Origin: Geosiphon pyriformis uo1
Lineage: Eukaryota; Fungi; Glomeromycota
Length of the DNA stretch: 64,000 nucleotides
Reading direction: 5' to 3'
Assembly: GCA_016748015.1 (NCBI GenBank)
Contig: JAAOMT010000261.1
Location: 451,883 to 515,882 of the forward strand
The position numbers were made by a program, and so were the translations under genes. This document shows positions 11,285 through 26,297 of this stretch, piece by piece (positions within the stretch are counted from its first letter, which is position 1; each line of letters begins with the position of its first letter). The notes below the pieces were generated by a model. That model searched no databases. It was not told where the DNA came from and saw nothing but the letters and a program-made list of their open reading frames with translations.

Positions 11285-11922
11285 ACATTTACTACTATTA
11301 AACAAAAAGATGCCAAAGCAGTCACCACTTACTTGGAATGCTTCCACAGGAATCTGTACAAAATTCAAGCCATCAATGCCAATTATTTCACAATAGCCCA
11401 AATTTTGAATCAGTTTATTTACAGATTACACAACAGCATCTTGCAATACATATATCCATTATACCCAGCCAATCTTTAAGCAGCAGTCACTCATGCCAAA
11501 GATTTTAAAGCTGCTAAATTAGAAGTTAATCATATCCAAACTGTAAATCTAATAATAAATAAATCATCTAAATTGGATTCTAAATTGAAACAATTTAGTG
11601 ATTCAATTAATCAGAAACTAAAAGGGTACTTAATTAACAACAATTAGGCAATATATCAACTGCTCCAACATTAAAACAATTCCAGAATTATTAATTAGCA
11701 TCAGAGTTAGTCATGTCCAGCATCAACATGATCATTATGGCAGCAAAAAATGCATATCTGCCACTATTGTGATAAACAAATACATTTGCAATTTGAATGT
11801 TGTAAAAGGATAAGTAACCAACAATTGGGAAATTAGTATCAAAATTCTGATCACCAATTTTTAACTCAGAATTACAGCAATTATTAAACACATAAACAAT
11901 ACTAAACTTAACTATATTATGC

Positions 11923-12892
11923 TGTTACTGAAGGTTTTTGGTTTCTTTTCTTAAATGTTGTTAATGTTGATTTGCTGTGAATTCACATTCTTAGGAAGTA
12001 GTTGGATCTCCAATAACTGAATTTATCTTCAAATTATTTCCTATAATTTAAACTGCTGGACTTATAAATAGAATGGCCAATTCTATGCCAGTTATTTTGT
12101 GTAGTTACATTGTAGTAAATGTTAACTCTTTCTCAAGAATTGCTCATCTAAAAGCTTACTAAAAATGTGTAGTTACTTTGCTGTAAAAGTCAACTTTTCT
12201 ACAGGAATCTTGTTTGTAGGCTACTCTAATAATTATAATAAGAAAAGAATGAAAAAATAAAAGAAATGTAAAAGAAATAGAATTTTGTCAAGAGAAACGT
12301 TTTTTATTCAAGTTTGAAGTCACTAACAGATTACTGAAATTAGTAGCTAATCAATTTTAAAATGTTAGTTGTGTTGAGAGAATTTCAAGTATAATAATCA
12401 AAAGATTTGTTTTTTGAATATTTAATTTTTATTTAAAATGTGTAAAAGATAATTTGTTCTAATTAAGATATCTAAAGTGATACTATATTAAGATACTATG
12501 AGAAGATATATTTTCTTGAAGAGAAAAGCTTTTCTTTTATACAACTTGTTGTAGTACTAGTCTTTGAACTTGTACTTTTCTCTTTGCTATAATTTGGGTA
12601 AACTAAAGATACATTTTAGCAAACTACAAGTTATTTCACTAAACTATTGATTATTTCGGCCAATTTTTATCAATTTTGGCGAATTTTGACTATGTTAAAT
12701 GGTTCAGGGTATTGTGTAATTTGATCATCTTAATTTCTATGATACAAATCGAATTATTGATTGAGTAATAATATTTAATAATTTGATTAAATAATAAGTG
12801 ATTTTTGAGATAATAATAATATATGCTAATTAATAATAGAAATTATGAGGGTAATTTTATATTAATTAATAGCTAAAATTCTACTGGTAACA
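11923..12892 (-). repeat. Solo LTR, family A
   Basis: TGTTAC...GTAACA termini with TSD ATGC/ATGT; interrupts gag of element 2. Confidence 0.93.
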
Positions 12893-15800
12893 ATGTACAA
12901 ATGATGCAGCCAATTTATTAAACTCCAATTTATCAATTGGCACTATTTGTAATTTATTAATTATTACAGTTACCAATAATTTATTAAACATCAATGATTC
13001 TATTACCACCACTAAACTCAGCTCAGATGACATCAGGAAATTCCAGATCAAGAGTTACTCAAAACTGGAGATTGGCAATAATTGTCTACCAACTGATCTC
13101 CAGCTCTTCCAACTAACCATTAGAATTATAACAGCAGAGTTTAGAAACCAGTTATTCTCAAAACCTGAATTCTCAGAACTATTTGAGTTTTCTAGTGACC
13201 CCAGAAGATGTGCAATCCAACAACTCAGAATTCAAACCACAGCAACTACTTACCAACAATATTTTACTAGCAACCAGTACTGAAAATAAGACACTTGCCA
13301 CCATATTTTCTTTTGAGCTTGAGGAAACCACATTGGTCTCATTATTTAATAGAGCTGCTTTCAACACTAAACCCATTACAGCAATATATACTAATGCCAC
13401 AGTTGATGGCTATCTCATCAAACTTATTTTAGACAGTGATTTAGCAGACAGTATTATTACATGACAATTCATGAACCAATTAGGTTACCAAGTTGATCAC
13501 ACTACTAGCATCCAAATAATTATTGCTAATAAAGTGATGAAAACTCCAATTGGCAAGATTAATGACTTTTCCTTCAAAGTCAATGGCATCATAATATTAA
13601 TCAAAGTCTTAGTAATGGAAGCTATATAATATCAAGCACTAATTAGTAATAACTGGTTAGTTAAAATCAACACTGTACTTGATTGGACCACTCAAGAATT
13701 GCAACTTAGCCAAAATGGCCAGCACATACAAGTACCAGCCACTTGCAGCCACTTTAAACCCACAATAACACCAGCACCACTAATTGAGTTCAAAGAAAAA
13801 AAGAAAAAACCTATCTGAGAAGCTTATCAAGTTTCCTGGGCCAATAATGACTACAACAAACTACTGCCAATTTTAACTTGAGATAACAAAGAAAAAAGGA
13901 AAAAAGAGAATGAACCCAAAGAAACCATAGCTACAGAGGAGATAACTAGTGGCTGGAAAAGATCATATTTACATAAAACCATAAAAAAGCCACTATACAT
14001 ATCACTCAAATACAAAGACTACAAAAAAAAGCTGTCCTCTATGAGAGCATGGATCACATCTAATGAAGACTATTGGACATGCACTTATTACTACTGCAAA
14101 TTATGCCACAAGAAACACTATAAGTACTCCAAACAACAAGACAAGTAGGACAACAAATCATGTTTTACTTGTAAAGAACAGTTACTCAATGAAAGAATAT
14201 AGAACAACATTTCTGGTCAAGGAGAAACATGCAATGTCTTGTGCCAATACACAATCCTTATTAGCGACTGGATCAGTCACAAAACACCCTTTAATGCTGC
14301 ATAGAACTGTGCTTTGATATGTCTGAATGGCTATTCACACAATAAGAACAAAATCTAGAGAATGGCAAGTGCCAAAGTCGAAGGCACTTCATTTAGTGAA
14401 ATATTGGAGGTTAAAAATAACCCACCAGAACCAGTCAAAACTTTCCTTATTTCTAACTCAGACACTTTTCTCAACATTGAAGCTGGTTTAGAGAAATTCC
14501 ACAAGCATTACCAGAATCTGGCACCAACAAAAGAAGAGTAAGAACAGTGTTTGGAAAAAATAAACACCCAATTATGTAACCACTGTTTGATTCCATATGA
14601 TTTCTAATATTGTAATAAGTGTGATCTCAACTACAATCTACCATCATGCATGATCTACACAATCCCAGAAAAAAAAGAACCAATCAGTAGCTGTACATCA
14701 AAATTAGAATTGACATTCAATCCCAATTTAAACTCCAACAATGATGATGATGAAAATAACAGTTCTAGCTTCATTCAAAACAGCAATGAAAATAACAACA
14801 ATTCAGACTCTGATTCAAACCCAAAACAATATATTATGCTTTTTGACCTCTTTAAGAAACAGGAACTTAAATGGTTCAGCAATAATAATGAAGATATTAT
14901 GCCTAAATGTGCACATAATACTAATACAGAGTTTGATCTAAGATATCCCAAAAAAAAGCCATAAAATTAGAACCACATTTGTGCACCTATATTGATCTGA
15001 AAGTAGCCTTAAAAATTTCAGCAACAATTATAGTTTAATTAGCATTTAGAAGTAATTTAGTGAAAAAAAAAATCAATATTAGAGAAGGAATAATTAATGC
15101 AGAATATGTAGAAAATATCATTACAATGCTACAAAATGACTCAGAAAAGGCCTATATTATTGAGCCAAACAAAAAGATAGCACAGGCAATATTCTTGCCT
15201 CTGGTTAAAATAGCTCAGTTAGTATCAATAAGAAACCAGAAAGAATTAAGGATTACAGCTAAAAGGATTAGTGAATTTGGATCAACAAAAAGAATAGATG
15301 TACCAGTTAACATGGCAGAGAAAAAAATTGTTGACAAGAGAGAAATTATCTTCACTTGTTAAGCAATTTCTATTCCACTATATAACAGGTATATGTTAGT
15401 AATAGAAAGAAAAGTGAAAGATCAAGCACAAATTTTTGAAGTAGAACCAATCATTTGTGAATCAGGAAAAATTGAATTAATCAATCTACACATATCAGCC
15501 AAGAACCATAGTCACATCAAAATTTCTATTTACAACAATATGAGAGATATTATCAAGATACTAGAAGGAATTAACATTAAATATTTAACCATCAGAATTG
15601 AAAACCAACCACCAAACCATATTTCAAATTTTCTACAATTGTGTAGATATGTTGACATAACATCACAAACCATCTATAGACGAAATGAATATTATTTGCT
15701 TCAACTAGAACAATTGGAATAAATGAACATAAAAAACTTAGACCTATTTCAATATATATAACTCAAAATATTACTTAACAACTTTACTAACATTTTTGCA

Positions 15801-16131
15801 AGTAAAAACAAATTTGGCTGAACTGATATAATCCAGCACCAGATTAAGACTGGAGATACAATGCCAATCAAACAAAAAGCATATTGGGTACCACTAACCA
15901 GCCATAAAATTATTTGTCAAGAAATCAATTGGATGTTTAACAGCAGGTTAATTCAGTCATTAATGAGTCCATAATTGTCACCAGTAGTACTAGTCCATAA
16001 AAAAAATAAAAAAATTCACTTTTGTGTGGATTACAGAAAACTCAATGGCATAACTCATGGAAACAATTATCCAACTCCACAAATTCAGGAATTATTTGAC
16101 ACTTTTAGAAAAAAAAAATGGTTTTTAACAT

Positions 16132-16928
16132 TGTTACGAGATGGTTTTCTTGTTATATTTAATTGCTGATATCCTGCTTTAATTGCAATCAGTCTTTCGT
16201 GAGTTCCTCAATTCTATTTGTGTGATAATGTTACTTGTTACACTGAAGGCTTTCTTTTTACTGTTGTGATGTAAGTTATTCTTTAATTCTTGATTGTTGT
16301 GTGTGTTTATGTACTCCTTCTCAGAGGCTGAACTGAAATCTACCCACTGTCTGGGGTCTTCTCTGAGGCTATCCTTGCAATTGCCTGATGTGTTTCTCTA
16401 ATCTAGAAACACAGAATGTTAATGGTCTTTAGCGCTTTNNNNNNNNNNNNNNNNNNNNATCAAGGATTATTCTTCCAAGGGATTCAGTTGATGAATGATA
16501 GTTTCATTCAATAAATAATACAAGTAAGTTTCTTAATACTTTGGGTTGTGATAGTTCCGTTTTAAATATTCTTTTTCATTTCTTTTTGATTTTTAAAGGT
16601 TTCTTGGGATATTTAATTTGAAAGTATGATTTGATAAGTTATGATTTTTATTACTTGATTGATTCTTTCCCAATATTAAAACTACTGTATATATACATGT
16701 TTGTAGTTCTACGAGAAAATACTTTCTTTTTGATATTTCAACCTGGTGCTTGCTGCTATCACCAGTTGGTATTGGCTGCTATTGTGAACTGGTGCTTGCC
16801 ACTATCGCGAGATGGTGTTTGCTACTATGTTAATCATTACCTTTCTAAGATTATTACTGTGCTATATTATGATTGAATAGTTTGTATTATTTTTATGATT
16901 CTTTTTGCTAAATTCTTAAACCGTAACA
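16132..16928 (-). repeat. Solo LTR, family C (spans an N gap)
   Basis: TGTTACG...CGTAACA with perfect TSD ACAT; interrupts RT. Similar to 35846-36658. Confidence 0.88.
16439..16458. other. Assembly gap (20 N)
   Basis: Run of N. Confidence 1.
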
Positions 16929-19413
16929 ACATTAGATCTAAATAGTAATTACTAACAAGTAGCCATGAATTCAGAAGATAAGGAGAAGATGATATTTACT
17001 ACAAGAGAAGAAAATTTTGAATTTAAAGTAATGCCATTTGGCTTAACCAATGCACCAGCCACATTCCAATGGCTAATGGAAATTGTTTACATCAGACTGC
17101 TATGGAAATCAGTAGTTATGTATTTAGATGACATCAATGTGTTTTCAAAAACATTTGATGATCATTTTTAGCAAGTGTTTGAAAGACTGAGAAGAGCAGA
17201 ATTGAAACTAAATACAACCAAGTGTTTCTTTGGCAAGACAAAACTCAAGTTTTTGGAACATATTATAAGCAAGGAAAACATTAAAACAGATTCAAATAAA
17301 ATTGAAATAGTAAAGTTATTTCTAGTACCCACCAACTTGACCAAGTTACGAGCATTCTTAAGATTTGCAAGATACTATTGTTACTTCATCAAGAACTTTT
17401 CCAAACTGGCTCAACTACTATATTATCTACAAACCAAGAATATTAAATATGAATAGTCCAAAACACAACAAGAAGCTTTTAATACACTGAGAAGAAAACT
17501 CATTCAAGCTCTAGTACTAATCTATTCAGATTATAGTAAATCATTCATCATTACCACTGATGCATCAGATCAAGCATTAAAAGCCATACTATCACAAAAA
17601 AAACCAGATAGAAGAGAACATCCAGTAGCATACACCAATCAAAGCTTAATGCCAGCCGAAAAAAACTATGAAACACCAGCACTAGAATACTTAGCAATTT
17701 ATTGGGTTGTCATAAAATGGAAAGAATACTTAAGTCAGAAATTTGAAGTACATACTGATCACAAAAAATTGACTTTAATACAGAAACAAAAATTTGGAGA
17801 TGATTGACATGCGAGATGGAAAATAGCACTGTTACTATACACTTTTACAGTACACTATAAAAAGATAAAAGAAAACAGAAATACTGACAGTTTGTCATAA
17901 ATGAAACAAATCTGAACATTCTAATCCAAAAATATAACAAAATCCGAACATTGCAACACAAAAATATAATAAAAAGATAAATACACAAAAATACCAACAA
18001 CTCCAGTATTATATAAATACTCAACAGTTTAAGGAGAAATTATCTCAAAAAAAACAAAACAGCATAAAACAACAATCAAAATATTTTATTAATCATTAAA
18101 GTATACTTTATCAGAAGAATTGAAAAAATCCAGATTAACCAACCAAAATAATCACAGAGCCAGAAAATAAGACAATATTGTTTAACATACACTCAGATCC
18201 AACAACAGAACACTTTCACAAAGAAGTAACAATAAAAAGAATCAGAAAAAAATACTACTGGTTATCTATGTATTCAAACATCATCCAATATGTGCAAATT
18301 GTAATGTTTGTTAAAGAAGAGAGGAAACAAGATCCAGTAAACCATTAAGACCAATTAAAGTAGAACAACTATTCAATTGTATTGGAATTGACTTAGTTAA
18401 ATCATTAACAATAACCAGCCAAAGAAACAGATATATTATAGTAGCCATGGATTATTTTATGAAGTGGCCAGAAGCAAAAACCATTCAAAGAGCAGATACA
18501 GAATTTGTTGCTAAATTCGTTCATCAAGATCTAATTTGCCAGCACAGATGTCCAAAAAAATTGCTATCAGATCAAAAAACTTCACTTTATAAACAGAACA
18601 TTAGCAGAATTAAGTCAAAGATTTGGAATCAAAAAACCATTATTATTACCATACTATCTATAAACAAATGGTTTGGTTGAACAATTCAATAGAACATTGT
18701 GTAAAGCAATTGCCAAAATCAGCCAAAAAAATCAAGACAAATGAAATTTGTTTATACTATTAGTATTATTTGTTTATTAGACAATAAAGCAAGACACTAT
18801 ACAAGCAACACTATTTGAATTAGTATATAGTAGAACAGCAATATTATCAGTGGAGATAGACATCAGCACATATATAATTGAACCAATAACAAAAGACAAT
18901 TTCCAAAAAACATTGTTAAAAAGAACATATGAATTAATGGAAACACTAGAAAACAAATAGTAAAAAGCAGCTAATAACATCCAAAAATCACAAAAAAAAC
19001 AAAAAAAAAGACACAATAACCAACTATCAGATAAACCAGTTAAATTCAAGATAGGAGACAAAGTATTTTTATATCATACCAAAAAGGAAAAACAATAGAG
19101 TAGAAAATTTGACCCTAAATGAGACAAACCATTTCACATAGAAGAAAGTCTAGGAAATAAAGCTTATAAATTAAGATTGAACAACAAAATTTTAACCAAA
19201 GCAATACATGAAGATCAACTGAAATTATATTACAATATAGCATTATCATTCACCAGTAATATTCTACAATTGGAAGTATAGAAAATACTAGTCTGACCAG
19301 ATAAGATTCTATGAGATTTAGAACCAATCATTATTATCAATACAGACATATCAAATTGATTGACCAAAAAGAATATATAAAGACATGGTAGATGTAATAA
19401 AAGATATCAGAAA

Positions 19414-20055
19414 ATAGAAATTATTAATGAGATTCACTTGTTAGCACAACAACTCTTTTAATTAATTCAACAATAGAATATGAAAATTACTATCAACCAA
19501 CAAACTATTTAATACAGAGATACCAAAAAAATACCCTAATACAAAGTATAGAGAAAACCAGAAAACACCATTGACAAAATAATTTTAAAAGTAAAATTGA
19601 CAATAGAAGAGCCAACAAGTATTACTTCATATTAAAAATTGACCAAAGAAACTTAGAAGTGGTAAATACAAAAATTTCCAAGGAATTTTGTTATTTCTAC
19701 TTGAAACAACATCTAAATATCCAAAACTTATATACAAATAAGACAAAGCAATTATTCAATCCAGAAATATTACAACAATTTGAGCAATTTGTGAGAAAAA
19801 ACAATTTAATCACATAAGTACAAGTCATATATCAATTACAAATTGGATTTTAAAACTGACCAGAAATCTTACTCAATTCAGCAATGGACACTATTTCTGT
19901 TAACCAAATGAGAAAAATAACCAATGTCCAATTTGAAAAATTACAAAACAAAATAACACAAGTAATTCTTGAAAAAAAAGTTCAAGAAATACTCAAAGAC
20001 AGAGAATTAGAATTAGAAGATCTTGACAGAGCTTAATATTAAAAGAAGGGAATAA
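19414..20055 (+). pseudogene. ORF3 homolog of element 2, decayed
   Basis: Translates to LAQQLF..MKITINQ..CYFYLKQ..INQMRKITNVQF with stops. Confidence 0.7.
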
Positions 20056-20924
20056 TATTACTTATAGAATATATAGGAAGTATATTAGTATATAAAATAG
20101 CCAATTAGAAGTAGATATAGTAAATATAGAATTCCAGAATTCCTTTCAAAGAAATTGCAGAATTCCAAGAATTTCAGTATTCTTGTATAAAAAATTACAG
20201 AATTCCAGAATTCCAAGATTCCTCTTAAAAGAATTGCAAGATTCCAGAAATTCTAAGATTTCTAACATAAAAAATTAAGAAATTGAGAAATCTCAATTAT
20301 GTATATATAGTAATAGTATTAGAAGTAAAAAAGACAAATCTTTTAGTTTAGATTTTTATCTAAGCAACTTTCCTATTCACAAATATCAATAAATAATTAT
20401 TTGCTATATCAATCCACTTTTTACTATCAACATAAAGTGTTGATAGCAGCTAATACTTAATTATGCTAGAACAATAGCTCTTGATCATGGCTATTGATGG
20501 AATACTAACATTTATTGTCTTGGCTTATTTTTTTATTTTATTTTATTTTATTTTATTTTCTTTCTTTTATTATTTTTTGTTGCTTACTAATTGATTAAAG
20601 GATTAAGCACTAAATAATTGATGTCAAGAATAGCCTAATAAAAGACTCCAAAAGAAGGGTATAGAGTTTGAAAATTTAAGGATAGCTTACTAAAAGGGCA
20701 TCTTTGCTAGATTACTAGCCACCATGCTGAAAAAAAATTCAATAGAATTGCAATTCCAGAAGACTACTAAAACAACAACTGAATCTTTGTCTATTATACA
20801 AAAAACTTCAACCTAAAACCTTCAGATTATCAAAACCTTCAGATATTATCAATAATATTAGTTATTGAGCACCAAGTTACAGATTTGTTATTTAATTTGA
20901 GACCCCAAATAATCACCTGTAACA
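20056..20924 (+). repeat. 3' LTR of element 2 (family B)
   Basis: Follows the PPT and ends CACCTGTAACA; right flank ATGG. Confidence 0.92.
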
Positions 20925-23900
20925 ATGGATAGAATAGATATACTAGTCAATATGACAGAAGAAAAAATCATTAACAAGAGAAAAATTATCTCCATCTGTT
21001 AATCAATTTCTATTCCATCATATAACCAGTACATATTAGCCATAGAAAGAAAAATAAAGAATCAAACTCAAATGTTTGAAACAGAAGCTGCAATTTGTAA
21101 ATCAGAAAAGATTGAATTCACCAATTTTTACATACTAGCCAAAAGTCCTAAACACATCAAAATCCTTATCTACAATACAATAGAAAATGTTCTTGAGATA
21201 CCAAAAGAAACTACTATTGAATATTTAAGTACTAAAGTTGATGACCAATTACCAAGTGCCATTCTGGATTTTTCACAACTTTGTGAATATGTAGATATCA
21301 TATCACAAACAATATATGAACAAAAAAAATGTTATTTACTCCAACCAAAACAATTAGAACAAATGAATTTGGGAAATCTAGATCTATTATAACAAATGCA
21401 ACTAAATATGTTACTTATTAACTTCATTAACATCTTTGCTAGTGAAAATAAATTTGGCAGAACTAAAATCATTTAACATCAGATCAAAACTGGAAATGCA
21501 ATGCCAATTAAGCAAAGAGCATACCAAGTACCACTAGTAAACCATAAAAATTATTCAACAAAAAATCAATTGAATATTAGACAATAGATTAATTCAACTA
21601 TTAATGAGTTCATAGTTTTTACCAGTTATATTAGTTTGAAAAAAAAATGAGAAAATTCGGTTTTGTATGAATTACTGAAAACTTAATAAAGTGATAAAGA
21701 GAAATAGCTACCCAACTCCAAAAATTCAAGAACTTTTTAATACATTTGGAGAAAAGAAATGGTTTTTAATACTAGATTTGGATAGCAGTTATTGGCAAGT
21801 AGCCATGAATCCAGCTGATAAAGAGAAGACCATATTCACAACAAGAGAGAGAAATTTTAAGTTTGAAGTAAGGCCATTTGGCTTAATGAATGCTTCAACA
21901 ACATTCCAATAGCTCATAAAAATTGTCTATACTGGACTGTTATAGAAATTAGTAGTCATATATTTAGATAATACCAATGTGTTCTCAAAGACATTTAATG
22001 ACCATTTTTATTATCTACAGCAAGTATTCAAAAGATTAAAAAGAGCAAAACTAAAGCTAAATACCAACAAATGTTTCTTTGAAAAAACAGAGTTGAAGTT
22101 TTTGGGACATATCATAAGCAAAAATGATATTAAAACAGATTTAAACAAAATTAAAATAGTTAAAAACTTTCCAATATCTACCAACTTGACCAAACTATAA
22201 GCATTTTTGGAATTTGCAGGTTACTATTGCCACTTTATCAAAGACTTTTTCAAACTGGCTCAGCCATTATACTAGCTTCAAATAAAAAACACCAAATATG
22301 AATAAACAGAAAACCAGCAAAAAGCTTTTAATACATTAAGAAGAAAGCTTATTTAAGCTTTAGTACTGATCTATTCAGATTATAGCAAGCCATTTATAAT
22401 TACAACTGATATGTTGAGTCAAATATTAAAAACTGTACTATCTCAAAAAGAACCAAATAGAAGAGAACACCCAGTAGCATATATTAATTACAGCTTAAGT
22501 CTAATTGAAAAAAATTATGGAACTTTAGCACTAAAACACTTAGCAATCTATTAAACAGTTATGAAATAGAAGAAATACTTAAACCAAAAATTTGACATAT
22601 ACATTGACCATAAAGGATTGCCTTTAATCCAGAAGCAAGAATTTGAAAATGATTGTCATGCTAGATAAAAAATAGAACTTTTACCATTTAATTATACAGT
22701 ACATTACAAAAAAGAAAAAAAAATGGAAATGCTGATGGTTTGTTGCAGATAAAACAAATCTAAAAAACATTCTAATCAAAAAATATAACAAAAGATAAAT
22801 ACACAAAAATATTAACAACTTCAACATTTTATAAATACTTAACAGTTCAAGGAGAAATTATTTCAAAAGAAACAAAACCATATCAAACAACAGTCCAAAT
22901 ATTTTATCATTCATTAAGACATATTTTATTAGAAAAACAGAAAGAATTCAGATCAACCAACCAAAGTAATCACAAAACCAGAGAAAGAAACAATATTATT
23001 TAACATGCATTTTGATCCAACAGTAGAATATTTTCACAAAGAAACAATCATAGAAAGAACCAGAAAAAGATATTATTGGCCATCAATGTATTCAGACATT
23101 ATTTAATATGTGTGAAATTGTAATGCTTGTCAGAGAAGAGGAAAAACAAAATCCAATGAACCACTGAGACCAATCAAAATAGGACAACTATTTAATTGCA
23201 TTGAGATTGACTTAGTTAGACCATTAACAATAACCAGCAAAGGAAACAGATATATTACAGTAGCTATAGATTATCTTACTAAGTGGCCAGAAGCAAAAGC
23301 CATTTAAAGAGCAGATACAAAATCTGTTACTGAATTTGTTCATCAAAATTTGATTTTTCAACATGAATGCCTAAAAGAATTACTATCTGACCAAAGAACT
23401 TACTTTGTGAATAAAACATTAGCAGAATTAAGTCAAAAATTTGGAATAAAAAGACCATTATTATTACCATATTATCCACAAACCAACAGCTTAGTCAAAA
23501 GATTCAATAGAACATTGTGTAAAGCAATTGCCAAAATCAGCCAAAAAAATCAAGACAAATAGAATTTGTTTATACTATCAGTATTATTTGCTTATCAGAC
23601 AATGAAGCAAGATACTATATAAACAACACTATTTGAATTAGTATACAGTAAAACAACAATATTAATAGTAGAGATAAAAGTCAGCACATATCTAAATGAA
23701 TCAATAACAAAAGATAATTTCCAAGAAACATTGTTGAAAAAAACATATGACTTAATAAAAACATTAGAAAACAAAAAGCAAAGAGCAGCTTATAATATTC
23801 AAAAGTCACAAAAAAAACAAAAAGAAAGACATGATAACCAACTACTAGATAAACCAATTGAATTCAGAATTGAAAACAAAGTACTTTTACATCATACTAA

Positions 23901-24766
23901 AGTGAAAAAACAATGGAGTGGAAAATTTGACTCCAAATAAAATAGATCATTTCACATAGAAAAAATTCTAGGAAATGGAGCTTATAAATTAAGATGAGAC
24001 AACAAAATTTTAGCCAAAACAGCACATGGTAATTGATTGAAACCATATTACCATATAGTATTATCATCCACCAATAATATTCCACAACTGGAAGTACAAC
24101 AAATACTAATCCAACCAGATGAAATTCCACGAGATTTGGAACCAATCATAATCATTGAACCAAACATGTCAAATTAAATAATCAAAAGAGTATATAAAAA
24201 CACAGTATACACAACAAAAGCAACAAAGAAAATGGAAATACCAAATTATATTCATATCTTAGCTCAACAATTGTTTCAAGTCTTAAGTCAACAGCAATTA
24301 AACATGGAAATTGTCATCAATCACCAAAAAATCTATTATTGAAACACTAAACAAAAAAAAAGTACACCATATTAGCAATCACAAAAACAATCAAGAAACT
24401 GGTCAGATAAAATAGTAGAGAAAGTAAAGAACACTTTTGAAAAAATATCCATCATAATTCCAACAGAAAAACTTTCAAAAAAAAATTGGAAACAATAAAC
24501 AGAACAACTTTTAATACCATACTGCTACTATCAGTTGAAACAAAAGTTGAACATTTAGAAACTATATCTTGATAAAGCCAAAAGAATATTCAATCAAAAA
24601 ATAATACAGAATATTGAAAATATTATCAGAAAGAAGACAAATTTAATACTGTACATTAGAACAATCTATCAACTACACATGATATTTCAAAATTACCCAA
24701 AAATATTATTACATTCCAATATGGAGACAATCACTATTAACCAATAAGAAAGAATGAACAATGTGC

Positions 24767-25598
24767 TATTATAAATAATTATTTGGATGGGTGAAATAAA
24801 TAACAAATCTATAACTTGGTATTCAATAGGTGATATGGTTGGTAATATCTGAAAGTTTTGGTTGTCTGAAGATTTTGGTTGACTCTTTTGTATAATGGAT
24901 AAAGATTCAATAGTTGTTTTTAGTAGTCTCTTGGAATTGCAATTCTGTCCAATTTCTTTTTTAACTTAGTGGCCAGTTTTATTTTAATATTTGTGCTCTT
25001 TTGGTAAGCTATTCATTAATATATATATAATGTTACCATTATTTTTGGGTCTTTTACCAGACTATTTGTGATGTTAATAACTTAGCACTTAATTTTTAAT
25101 CAGTTAATAACAATAAAAAATGACAAAAGAAGAAAAATAAAATAAAGAAAATAAAGAAATAAGCTAAGGCAATAAATATTAGTATTCTATCAATAGCCAT
25201 GATTAAGAGCTATTGTTCTAGTGTGGTTAAGTATTAGTTACTATCAACATGAAATGTTGATAGTAAAGAATAGATTAAAATAGTGAATAATTATTTATTA
25301 ATAATTTTGAATAGAGAAGTTGTTTAGATCAAATCTAAAACTAAGAGGTCTGTCTTTTTTACTTCTAATACTATTGCTATAAATACATAATTGAGATTCT
25401 TTAATTCTTTAATTTTTCAATTCTTCACACCAGGAATTCTGGAATTCCTGAAATCTTGCAATTTCTCATACAAAAATCTTGAAATTTCTGGAATCCTGCA
25501 ATTTTTCTAAAAAGAATCCTGGAATTCCACATTTACTACATTTACCTTTGATTGGCTAATTTATATACTAATATATCTACTATATTCTATGAATAATA
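24767..25598 (-). repeat. 3' LTR of element 4
   Basis: Direct repeat of 33846-34612; PPT adjacent. Confidence 0.92.
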
Positions 25599-25599
25599 T

Positions 25600-26241
25600 T
25601 ATTTTCCTCTTTTAATATTGAGTTCTATTGAGATTCTTTAATTTTAACTCTCTGTTTTTGAGTATTTCTTAAACTTTTTTTTTGAAAATTACTTGTGTTA
25701 TCTTGTTCTGTAATTCTTCAAATTGGGTATTAGTTATTTTTCCCATTTGGTTAATGGTAATGGTGTTCATTGCTGGATTGAGTAAAATTTCTGGTCAGTC
25801 TTGAAATCCAATTTGTAATTGATAGATGGCTCATGCTTATATGATTAGATTGTTCTTTTCCACAAATTGCTTAAGTTGTTGTAATATTTTTGAATTAAAT
25901 AATCACTTTGTCTTATCCATATATAAGTTTTAAATATTCAGATATTGTCCCAAGTGGAAATAACAAAAGTTCTTTGGAAATTCTTGTATTCACCACTTTT
26001 AAGTTTTTTTGGTCAATTTTTAATATGAGGTGACACTTGTTGGGTCTTCTATTGCCAATTTTATTTTTAGAATTATTTTGTCAATGGTGTTTTCTAGTTT
26101 TCTCTGTACTTTGTATTGGAATATTTTCCTGGTATTTTTGTATCAAATGGTTTATTGGTTGATAGTAATTTCCATATTTTGTTGTTGAATTAATTGAAAA
26201 AGTTGTTGTACTAGTGAGTAAATTTCATTAGTAATTTCCAT
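25600..26241 (-). pseudogene. ORF3 homolog of element 4
   Basis: MEITNEIYSLVQQLFQ..CYFHLGQ..AIYQLQIGF..NQMGKITNTQFEELQ with stops. Confidence 0.75.
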
Positions 26242-26297
26242 TTTTCTGATATCTTTTGTTGCATCTACTATGTTTTTATATATTTTTTTAGTCGATT

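Larger units (their letters stand above)
11285..20924 (+). mobile_element. Ty3/Gypsy element 2 (family B), 5'-truncated, carrying two solo-LTR insertions
   Basis: Mid-gag from 11285, PR (LILDSD ~13420), Cys-rich region, dUTPase ~14900-15290, RT (YLDD ~17120), RH, IN and ORF3. PPT at 20041-20055, 3' LTR at 20056-20924. Confidence 0.9.
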
